64,000 bases of DNA from Somniosus microcephalus (Eukaryota). The stretch is from assembly GCA_052327205.1 (NCBI GenBank), contig JBMRGM010000036.1, positions 85,374,001-85,438,000 on the forward strand, in the 5' to 3' direction. Under the pieces are notes generated by a model that worked only from the letters and a program-made list of their open reading frames with translations, had not been told where the DNA came from and did no database searches. Positions 12,772 through 23,741 of this stretch are shown piece by piece; the first letter of the stretch is position 1; the number at the start of each line of letters is the position of its first letter. The position numbers and the translations under genes were made by a program.

Positions 12772-15337
12772 ATGGCGAAATTGAGTGCAGCTGAGAAGCA
12801 GAGGCTTTACAGACAGCGCAGGGATGCAGACCCTACACGTAGAGCAGAGTACTTAGAAAAAAGGCGTCAGGATTATGCCAATGATATAGCAACAAAAAAA
12901 AGAAAGAAAATAAATGATCTCAGTGAAAGGGCAAAGAGAGGTCAGCGCAAGGCATGGCGAGTCAACCAGGCAAGACACAGGCAAGATATGAGAGCAGGAG
13001 AGACAGTCTTGACCCCCCCATCATTTCCAGAGAGTTCACCCAGCATCTCAAGGTAGAACTGAAGACATTGGTGTTAGTCATTTCATAGGAAGGGAAATGA
13101 GAAATTGATCATAGAAATTGATTAAATTAGATATTTGAATGATTTTAATATAATTGAAGACATGATTGGATTACTATTCTGACATATTACACCAATATAT
13201 TTGACAGACAACTACGACAAGGGAGGAGAGCGCGCAGGAGAGATGCACAAAGGAGCCCGAGGAAAATTCAGAAGTTGGAAGATAAGCTTGAGGAAAGCAA
13301 ACGACAATGCAACATGTACAAGAAACGTTATTTCCGTTTGCGGCGTAGAGTTGCAAATTCTGAAAGCCCAGGAACGAAGACAAAAGAGATCCTCCAAGGT
13401 TACATAGTCCACTCTCCAGTCAAGAAAGCTCTGAAATTCCACTTTGCTCTTGTGGGAGATTTAAAGGAAAAGTACAATGCAGCCAAAGAAACAAAATCCA
13501 AACAGGTTTTTGCAAACATACTGACGGGAAAGCTGATCAGAAAATACAAATTCCAGCTGCTGTGCCAGAAGAGCATTGGCTTCTCATACAAAGCTTGGAG
13601 AAAACCAAAGATCAGCTCTCGAGAAACCAACACAAACAAGAGGAAGACTGTGAGACAGTTCTACCTCAGAGATGATGTCAGCAGACTGACCATAGGAAAG
13701 AAGAACACAATCGCTCTCCAGAAGGTGAAGAAACAGAGGAGGTTACTCTGTGACTCCCTGCTCGACCTCCACAAGAGATTTGTTGCTGAGCATGGCGAAC
13801 AGATTTCTTATGCCTTCTTCTGCAGGCAGAGACCCTTTTGGGTTGTGACACCAAATGAGCAGGACAGAGAAACATGTCAGTGCAAGACTCATGAAAATCT
13901 TCAGTTTATGGCAGATACACTGTACAAACTTGGGCTCTCAGAGTGTAAAAACCTGGATGAAATGGCTGACAGCACCGTCTGCAACAACTCAAAGTCATGT
14001 GCCTAAGGTGAATGCCAAGAATGTGAACGCACCACATATCCCCTCACCGAATCAACATCAAATACACTGGTAACTTTAACCCAGTGGCGCCTGGAGAAGA
14101 TTGACCATTCCAAACCAGGTGAAGAGTCTGAGAAGAGAAGAACAATCACTGTCAAGAAAGATGTGCCAATAACAGAGGATGAGCTTGCTACCCATTTTCA
14201 AGATAGGCTCTTTAAGTTCCGCAGACACATCTTCAACATCCGTTGGCAGTATAATGCTTACAGAAATCTAAGAGAGAACCTGACCTCCAAGGACTGCCTT
14301 ATACACATAGATTTTAGTGAAAACTACACTTGCAAGTATGCAAATGAAATCCAGTCTGTGCACTTTGGGGGGTCACATCAACAAGTGACCCTCCACACTG
14401 GTGTTCTCTATGTGCAGGACCAGCCCCCCATGCCCTTTAATACGATCTCCCCAAGTAGAAGGCACGACCCAGTGGCTATATGGGCTCATCTTGACCCCAT
14501 CCTGGAGATGGTGAAAAATCAGTGCCCTGAAGTCCAGAACCTTCATTTCTTCAGCGATGGCCCTGCCACCCAATACAAGCAGAAGGGCAATTTCTACATG
14601 ATTTGCTCAGAACCTCACCAGAATAGCTTCCCCAAAACCACTTGGAACTTCTTCGAGGCAAGCCATGGGAAGGGTGCTCCGGATGGGGTGGGGGGTGCAT
14701 TAAAGAGATCAGCCGACATCTTGGTCTGTCAGGGAAGGGATATCCCAGATGCACTCTCTTTCTTCCAGGAGTTAAAGAACTCTGGAACGCAGGTGAAACT
14801 CGTCTATGTAAGCGAGGAGGATGTTGAGACTAAGGCACAGAAAATGCTGGAGGTGCCTCTTGTGGCAATAAAGGGGACCATGAAGTTTTGAGCATCACAC
14901 CTGGCATCCTCAAATACAGAGACATCAGTTGTTTCTGCCACGCAGCAGAGGACGTGTGGGATTGCCCATGTTACAGTCTCCAAGAAATCATTGTAGGAGC
15001 TGTGCCGCCTACAGAACGTGACCACTCTGCTCCACAACAACCACACCGGCCTGATGTCATTGAGACTCACCATAGCGGGCAGTGGTGTATTGTGAGGTAT
15101 GATGACCAGCCATACCCTGGCATTATACTGGAGGTGGAAGAGCACAACATAAAAGTCAAGTGCATGCACAGGAATGGCGTGAACAGGTTTTTCTGGCCAA
15201 GCCCAAGAGATGACGTAAACTGGTATGGGGACGACCAGATAATGTGTTTCATGCCACAGCCAGTTCCTCTGAACAAACGATCAGTTCAGGTTGACCAGAA
15301 GATCTGGACATATTTGAATGGGCAGCTGGATGTGTGA
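12772..15337 (+). pseudogene. Sola2 transposase pseudogene (exons 12772-13052 and 13208-15337)
   Basis: DFSENY, FSDG...QYK and HGKGAPDGVGG motifs; GT-AG intron 13053-13207 joins the frames; nonsense TAA at 14004-14006; frameshift near 14886. Confidence 0.85.
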
Positions 15338-16172
15338 CCACAAGTCAAAAACCAGTTGCTGGAAGCCTAAAGTTGATGTAAAGACAGATTACTTTGTTTA
15401 CTTGCGTTCTAATGAGTATGTTTTATATCTGGCTCAATCAGGATAAAACTAGGCTACATGTTTTATGAGTTTCTATGAAAATGGTGATGTTGACTCCGAT
15501 GTTGATGACAATGTTCAGACACAATCATTCTTGGTCTTGGTCTTAATGTGCTCTCTTTAATGTGCTCCTCTTTGGTCTTAAAGTGCTTTGGCTAAGTTTT
15601 TTTATGTTATTACTCAAATTATATGAATCTCTCAGTGCTGTAAATGAGTTAACTGAAAAAAATGGCACATTACTTAGATGAAATGTAATAAATTCATTGA
15701 GTTGTTTGAAATAGTCTGGGGTCAAGTCATTGGTGTTGTATTGTGTCACTGGTGTTACTGCATGTTTTTTTTCAGTGATATGATATCAAAGGTGTCATTT
15801 TTGACTTTATAATAATTTTGTGTTTGTTGATTGTTGCTTTATTCATGAGTTAGCAGTTTAAGGATAGTATCATTCAATTTTGATGACTGTCCTTCAGTTA
15901 TTGTTGATATTATAGCAAAAACATGATGGCGCAAATGAAAAAATGTCACACAATGTAACTTTACACATACCTGATTATAATAAATAAATAAATAATCAAA
16001 ACTTCTTTAAATTATTATCAACCTACTCTGTCTTTCAGTATATGTGCAGATTGAATTGAGAAATAACATTCTGATAAGCCTTTAATTTTGTTTAAGGTAT
16101 AAGTAACACCAATGACAAAAAGACGGCACAAGCATTCTTTGAGTGAATGTATAAAAATAATTAAAATACATT

Positions 16173-16875
16173 GGTCTAGAAATTCAGTTAAGGCCCGCCA
16201 GCAGGCTAACGCCCAAAAGTTAGCGCTGCGCGTGGAGCCACTTGCGCCCGCCGGAAATTCAGTTTCAGCGCCCCAACTCGAAGGCGGCCGCTATTCAAGG
16301 GTTTCGGCGCCCCCGCTTGGGGCGCTGAAACTGAATATCGGCGCGCTAGGTGCCGCAGCGCCACCCGCTGCGGAGCGGCAGGCTGCGGTACTGCAGGCCT
16401 CCTCCTTCTCTTAAGGGGGAGGTGCCTGCAACAGCGAGATCGCCGCTGGATTGTGCCGACAAATGAGCCCGGCACCACGGAGAAGTGCCGGGCTCGCGGA
16501 AAGCAGCCGGCAATGCCGCGGGGGGGGGGTGGTGGAGGAGGCCGGGGAAGGAGGTGCGGGCAGGCGGCCGCCGAAAAAACGGCCGGCCGCACCTCCACCT
16601 TAAAGCACCCCAGTAGCGCAGCAGTACGGCCCCGTTTTTCAATCGCTGTTTGCGGCCGCTGCAGAAGAGGCGGCCGCAACTCAATATGGGGTTTGGGCCG
16701 GAAGCGGGGCGGAACCGGGGCACTGCGCACACCGATGACGTCATCGGTGTCGGTGCAGCGCTACCGGCTACCGCCGCCATTACCACAGTGCTGAATATCA
16801 GCGCACCCTCTTACACTGGCGCAGAAACCCTGTTTGGGCGGTAACTGGGCGCAAAGCCCACTGAATTTCTAGGCC
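16173..16875. mobile_element. Harbinger-type MITE
   Basis: TIRs GGTCTAGAAATTCAGT / ACTGAATTTCTAGGCC; 3-bp TSD ATT. Confidence 0.88.
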
Positions 16876-17397
16876 ATTAAGCTTTCATTTTTGTGGATTG
16901 ATAAAGTTAAGAGGTTAATTAATATTGTACAATCAGTTTTGATTATGTAAAATGAAATACATTTCAAGACATCTTGCAATTCCAAATGCCACTGTTTCTG
17001 TAGAACGACCCAGAAGCAGGCTGTCTCCACACCGGTGCGAATAAAGGCTGTTTGGACTCTCGATCTTGGGCTTGTGTTGAGTGATTTGAAATTACTCCAC
17101 AACACTCCGATCATTTGAAGCTCATATTTTGAAGAAGTGAGACTCTACATAATTCATTTCTTGCCACGTCTGAGGAATCTGGCATTAAATCACGGAAGTC
17201 GGTTCACTATCTTGTCGGGTGCACCATTTCACTACAGCAACTGAGACATCTGTGGGGGGGGGGGGGGGGGAGTGTCTAGGTCAAGCACGTAGGCTTTTGT
17301 GTTAAATTATTAAAGGCTGGATTAATAAAAGCGATTGAAGGAATTCCCCGACTGGCTCAATGAGCTCATCCAGGGAGTAGCTGAGCCAAACAAATAC

Positions 17398-18366
17398 AAA
17401 GAAAGACTCACATTTCTACAGCGCCTTTTACAACCTCAGGACGTCCCAAAGCGCTTTGCAGCCAATGAAGTACGTTTGAACTTTAGTCACTGGTGTAATG
17501 TAGGAAACGCAGCAGCCATTTTGCACACATCAAGGTCCCACAAACAGCAATGAAAAAAATGACCAGATCATCCGTTTTAGGTGTTGGTTGAGGGATATAT
17601 GTTGGCCAGGATACCGGGAGAACTGCCCTGCTCTTCTTCAAATAGCGTCATGCTTTTATGTCTACCTGAGAGGGCAGACGGGGCCTCGGTTTAACATCTC
17701 ATCCGAAAGATGGCCTCTCCGACAGTGCGATGCTCCCTCGGTACTGCCCCTTCGACAGTGCGGCGTTCCCTCAGTACTGCCCCTGCGACAGTGCAGCACT
17801 CCCACTGCACTGCCCCTCCAACAGTGCGGCACTCCCTCAGTACTGCCCCTCCGACAGTGCGGCGCACCCTCAGTACTGCCCCTCCGACAGTGCGCCGCTC
17901 CCTCAGTACTGCCCCTCCGACAGTGCAGCGCTCCCTCAGTACCGCCCCTCCAACAGTGCGGCACTCCCTCAGTACTGCCCCTCCGACAGTGCGATGCTCC
18001 CTCAGTACTGCCCCTCCGATAGTGCGGCGCTCCCTCAGTACCGCCCCTCCGACAGTACGGCGCTCCCTCAGTACTGCCCCTCCGACAGTGCGGCGCTCCC
18101 TCAGTACTGCCCCTCCGATAGTGCAGCGCTCCCTCAGTACTGCCCCTCCGACAGTACGGCGCTCCCTCAGTACTGCCCCTCCGACAGTGCGATGCTCCCT
18201 CAGTACTGCCCCTCCGACAGTGCGGCGCTCCCTCAGTACTGCCCCCCGCCCCCGACAGTACTGCACTTAAGTGCCAGCCTCAATTGTGTGCTCAAGACTC
18301 TGGAGCGGGACTTGAACCCAAGACCTTCTGAGCCTCGAGTGCTACCCACTGAGCCAAGGCTGACAC
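17398..18366 (-). mobile_element. Deu-domain SINE (SacSINE1-like) with internal minisatellite
   Basis: tRNA-like head near 18300-18366, Deu core near 17590-17720, L2-like tail near 17400. Confidence 0.75.
17718..18262. repeat. 33-bp minisatellite, about 16 copies
   Basis: Unit ccgacagtgcggcgctccctcagtactgcccct; 11-aa periodicity in all overlapping ORFs. Confidence 0.95.
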
Positions 18367-19811
18367 CTCCTGCAAATTAGCAGAGTTGCAGGTTCAATTC
18401 CTAATCTCTGTTGAGTTAGCAGATGTGCGCCAAGGCTGAGTTGGGGTGGTGTAACTTGCCTCAGGAACCTGGCTAAAAATCAGTCAGGGTCCCTGCTCAT
18501 GAGTCCTCTTGGAAAACATGTCTGTTGCTGTCAGATGTGGACTGGTTCAGCCTTGGCTGCAATGCTCCCACGGTCAAATAGCTTGCCAACTTTCACTGCC
18601 TGGGCTCACACCTGAAGAATGGAAACTTGGGTGAGGAACTGGTGGGTTGGCAGGACTTGTGGAATTGTACCTCATCAAGATCCTTCGCCTTCAGGTGATT
18701 GAGAAAATCAGGGGGGAGAAACAGGGATCTACAATGCTTTATTCTTAAAAGTGTTGTAAAAGATATGCTCGCTATTCCCTGAAGAGTTAACTATTAAGTG
18801 TTTTAGATTTATAACAGGTAAATAAGAGTTGTGATATGAAAATGACTTCTAAATATAAAAATAAAATTGTGCAGCTGTCACATCCGAATGCAATTTCCAA
18901 ACTACTGGAGTAGTCTCTAAAGGGGGCAGGCTGACAGTGCGATAATAGGCAAGATGAACAGAGATGGGACCGCACAGAAAGACAGCCAAGTAGCGCTGCC
19001 TATCGCTCAGACTGACACAATATCCCTCAGCGTGCGAAGGGCCTCAGCTGTTTACACAAAATTACAGCTGGCGAAGAGAGCGGTGCCCATCTTTGGCCAG
19101 CACAGGCGACAGATAGAAGGATGATAGGTAGAGTGGAAATGAAGGAGATAAAAGGCTTCTGCTGGACGAGTATTTTTTTTACCACTCCCCCCATCCCCCA
19201 CCCATCTGCTTGACTGAAAAGAGCTGCAACTTGCACGTTATTGTGCTAACACTGTCGCATATTATGCGCGTTGCTAAACACGCCTGCATTTCTGTTTGAG
19301 ATCCCGGAGCTGATGGGGGCACCTGAAAATAAAATCACAGCTACCACATCTGGTTTCCTTCAGTCTCCAAAAATTAAAAACTCCAGGCGTTTGTTTTAAA
19401 TTACCTATTTCTGCAGGAATCATTGCGGTAATAATGCCATATGTTCAGCAGGTAATTGGGGTGAAATCACACTGTGCAATATCCGACGGTGAAATTCCTC
19501 TGACCACTATTTTAACAAAGGTGTTAACCCATTAACACATTCCCGTGCTAATGTTGCATGCACGGTTCAAGCTCCCTCCAAACGGGAGGAGCACAGGTGA
19601 GAATCAGGCCCGTAACATCAGTCGGAGATTTCAATTCAGGAATAGGTGGGAAGTGAGAGGCGACATAAATCCTTAAAAAAATCCTATTTTTAGGTCCGTT
19701 CCCTCACCAGTCAGTTGTGTTTTCCCCGCAGGACAACTCTGGGTATCAGTGAAGTCTCTGTGGAAATATCTGCAAACTGGTTCATAAGCAGCAGCAACAA
19801 CTTCCATCTAT

Positions 19812-20235
19812 ACAACAACTTGTATTTATATAGCGCCTTTAACGTAGTAAAACGTCCCAAGGCGTTTCACAGGAGTACTGTAAGACAAAAAAATTTGACA
19901 CCGAGCCACATGAGGAGAAATTAGGGCAGGTGACCAAAAGCTTGGTCAAAGAGGTCGGTTTTAAGGAGCGTCGTAAAGGAGGAAAGCAAGGTAGCGAGGC
20001 GGAGAGGTTTAGGGAGGGAATTCCAGAGCTTGGGGCCCAGGCAACAGAAGGCACGGCCACCAATGGTGGAGCGATTATAATCAGGGATGCTCAAGAGGGC
20101 AGAATTAGAGGAGCGCAGAGATCTCGGGGGGGTTGTGGGGCTGGAAGAGATTACAGAGATAGGGAGGGGGCGAGGAGGGATTTGAAAACAAGGATGAGAA
20201 TTTTGAAATTGAGGCGCTGCTTAACCGGGAGCCAG
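19812..20235 (-). mobile_element. L2-like LINE 3' fragment
   Basis: KQRLNFKILILVFKSL; tail caacaacttg.atttatatagcgcc; related copies at 35163, 41908 and 58131. Confidence 0.7.
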
Positions 20236-20753
20236 AAAGTAAACAGAAAGTAAAAAGGACAACTAGTTGGCACAGTAAGTGGAACCAAAAAAGAGCAAGG
20301 ACGGCCTGATGGAATCCATTCTTCAGAACTGAACACTGAAAGATTATTTATATCATGATCAGTACTTACAAGGAGGCGTCTCAGAGTGCTTCATAGGGTG
20401 GTTGATAACAAGAGGACCTCAGGGAGAAAGGGTCCTGTGTCAAGGAGGGTTTCAAGAAGGTTGCTGAAAGCAGGAAGGGAGATGGCAAGGAGGAGCTGCT
20501 GAGAGAAGGAGTTGCAGGGGGCAGGGGCGCAAATGGCTGAAGGTGCAACTGCCAACAAGTAGAGGGAGCAAGGAAAGATAAATCGGAAAATGTTGAAACA
20601 GCAGAGGGTGAGGCACAGTGCTGAAGGAGATCATGGAGTGGTGCCATGGAGGTGAGGATGAGAAGTTCAGGGACACACAAAGCCTGTAGTGTTTGACGAG
20701 GGCAGACGTAATTGGAATTTGGGCTTCAGTGTGCCGAGGACACAGAAAACAGC

Positions 20754-20978
20754 TGTTATAAATCTCATCAAGAAACTACTCATGAAATAATGCTGGATGG
20801 CCAGCTGGTGGCGCCGTCCAAGGAGTATAAATACTCGGGCGTCGGCCCCAGCTTGTCCAGGGACATTTTGTAAGACAAGGAACTAGTGAAGTACAACTAG
20901 ACCTCCATGTTCTGAAACAAGTTGATTAAAGCCTTGCTTTATGCTCAAACCAAGTGCGTAGTGAGTTTTATTACGCCA
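20754..20978 (+). mobile_element. Solo LTR (diverged relative of the 54129/57768/60231 family)
   Basis: TG...CA ends; TSD ACAGC; TATAAA and ATTAAA. Confidence 0.82.
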
Positions 20979-21464
20979 ACAGCGTTTTAGAAGATGCATC
21001 TTACAGGTTTTCAAAAGCGGGAGGAAAGCCTTGGAGATGTCCAGCTGTGAGGTGATAAATGTGTGCATTAGGGTTTCAGCAGAAAGGGGGAAGAGGTGGA
21101 GGTACTGGGGGAATTGGTTCAAATGTGGGGAAGGAAGCCTGGTTTGGGGTTGAACAGAACAACAAGGTTCTGAACTTCTGGGCTTAACCCAAGGTGGCAG
21201 CTTTGAATCAGATGGAGCTGCGGCAAGCAGCATAGGTGTTTGACTCATCCAGGTCTTAATGTCAGAGAGGCAGTTTGAAATTGGCTACAGTGCAGGTCCA
21301 ATGGGGGAGGCAGAGAGGTCCGTAGAGCACATATGATAACTGACCCCTTACTTCAAGATGATGTCACCACCGGGGGATAGCACGCAAGTGATGAAGAGGA
21401 GGGGGGTTAAAGATGGAACCCTGGGGTAACCATTGGAGGTATTGCACGTCCACAGTGGGACCAA

Positions 21465-22255
21465 TAAGAGCAGGAGTAGGCCATACGGCCCCTCGAGCCT
21501 GCTCTGCCATTCAGTAAGATCATGGCTGATCATCGACCCTCAACTCCACTTTCCTGCCTGATCCCCATATCCCTCGATTCCCCATGAGTCCAAAAATCTA
21601 TCGATCTCAGCCTTAAATATACTCAACGACTGAGCATCTACAGCCCTCTGGGGCAGAGAATTCCAAAGATTCACCACCCTCTGAGTGAAGAAATTCCTCC
21701 TCATCTCAGTCCTAAATGGCCGACCCCTTATCCTGAGACTGTGAGCCCTGGTTCTAGACTCTCCAGCCAGGGGAAACAACCTCCCTGCATCTACCCTATC
21801 AATCCCTTTCAAAATCTTGTATATTTCAATGAGATCACCTCTCATTCTTCTAAACTCCAGAGAATATAGGCCCATTCTACACAATCTCTCATCATAGGAC
21901 AACCCTCTCATCCCAGGAATCAATCTAGTGAACTGTCGTTGCACCGCCTCCAAGGCAAGTATATCCTTCCTTAAATAAGGAGACCAAAACTGTGCACAGT
22001 ACTCCAGGTGTGGTCTCACCAAGGCCCTGTACAATTGTAGCAAGACCTCCTTACTCTTATACTCGAACCCTCTTGCAATAAAGGCCAACATGCCATTTGC
22101 CTTCCTTATTACTTGCTGTACCTGCATGCTAGCTTTCTGTGTTTCTTGCACGAGGACACCCAAATCTCACTGAACACCAACATTTGAAAGTTTCTCACCA
22201 TTTAAAAAATATTCTGTTTTTCTATTCTTCCTACCAAAGTGAATAACCTCACATT
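21465..22255 (-). mobile_element. CR1 LINE 3' fragment
   Basis: ORF 21540-22163 is the CR1 ORF2 C-terminus; KCEVIHFG lies upstream. Confidence 0.9.
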
Positions 22256-22834
22256 TCACCAGTGCAGTCTTGGTGCTGTGGATGGGGGGTGGGGTGGGGG
22301 GAGGAAGCCGGATTGGAGATCTTTGAACACAGAGTGGGTGGATCTGAGCTGCGAAGAAACACGGTCTGGGACTTCCGAAAGATCGCTGCGTACACAGGAG
22401 CAATGGTAGATTTAGTAGTCCCTTCAGACTCCCACATTCAATATTCTGCAGCAAGGAGGGAAAATGGAGCGGATGACAGTGTAGCAATTATGTCTGTCCC
22501 TGTTCTGTAAATGCATAATAACGTACAGGATTTACTGAACTTATCACTGACACCAATTGGCAGAAGATCAATATAGAACCAGGGTTTATGCTTATGAGTG
22601 ACATACTGTACAATTTGGACAACTTCAAACCTTTCTAGGGCATCTAACTGTAATTAGAACGTCAACTATCTGTATACTTAGACATACAGCTAAATAAGAT
22701 ACTGAATGGGGGCTAAATTACTGGTACAGCAAAGGCAGAGTGTTTCATTATTCTACTTAATGCAAAGTTACTTTTTTTTAAAACACAGTTTTCACCACAT
22801 CATCTCCTGAAGACACTGCCTCATGCTGGGGTAC

Positions 22835-23204
22835 ATAAGGACATAAGAAATAGGAGCAGGAATAGGCCACTGGGCCCCTCGAGCCTGCCCCACCATTCAA
22901 TAAGATCATGGCTGATCTTGGGCTCAAAGCCACTTCCCTGCCCACTCCCCACAACCCTTCACTCCCTTATCTTGCAAAAATCTGCCTATCTCCACCTTAA
23001 ATGTATTTAATGACCCAGCCTCCACGGCTCTCTGGGGCAGAGAATTCCACAGATTTATGACCCTCTGAGAAAAGAAATTCCTCCTCATCTCAGTTCTAAA
23101 AGGGCAACCCTTTATTCTGAGACTGTGCCCCCGAGTTCTAGATTTCCCCACGAGGGGAAACATCCTCCCAGCATCTACCTTGTCGAGCCCCTGCAGTATC
23201 TTAT
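22835..23204 (-). mobile_element. CR1 LINE 3' part; the remainder resumes at 32778-32870
   Basis: cagtatcttat | atgtttcaataag rejoin into the same CR1 sequence seen at 600-620. Confidence 0.88.
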
Positions 23205-23435
23205 GGGGAGAAATTCAGTTGGTTTGCGCCTCCCGTTAGTGCCGTAAGAGGGCACTAATGGGGCGCAAAGCATCTAGCACCCGGGCGCAGCGATATCTGC
23301 GCCTCTCGCGAAATTGACCGGACATTTTGCAGCGGCGCGAAACAATACCGCCCGATCTCCTGCTCACGCAGATCTTGACGTCATTCGAGCGTGCAATGCC
23401 CTTGTGACACCCCGGAACGGAAATTGAGTGGCGCC

Positions 23436-23658
23436 TGTAAAGTCTGTGTGTTATATGGCGAATTAATACACAGACTACAAGAGTAACTTTAACAGGACTT
23501 TACTATTCGAAGGTCAGGGCGAATCTGCCCAATAAATCCTTACACAGCACTTATATACCGGTGTGGTCACCACCAGTATTACAGTATACAGTAGCCAAGA
23601 TAAAGTAGTGCAACCCTTAAAATAGTTCTCTTAAAGGTGGAACGTTACATACACTACA
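23436..23658 (-). repeat. 3' LTR of Gypsy element 2
   Basis: Differs from 28582-28804 at 2 positions by eye. Confidence 0.95.
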
Positions 23659-23741
23659 ATCCTCCCTTTTTAGGTTAACAGTATATATATATTCCCATTA
23701 ATATAACATCATAACATATATACAACTTTATGTAAAACAGT

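Larger units (their letters stand above)
10294..17011 (+). mobile_element. Full-length Sola2 DNA transposon with nested insertions
   Basis: 27-bp TIRs GGGTCATTCTACAGAAACGGTGGCATT / AATGCCACTGTTTCTGTAGAACGACCC (25/27 match); GGG...CCC termini; internal Sola2-type transposase. Confidence 0.85.

Noticed and set aside
17588-18380. Long ORFs and CRISPR-like periodicity
   Set aside because: Head-to-tail 33-bp units with no spacers; the ORFs are artefacts of a stop-free repeat unit.
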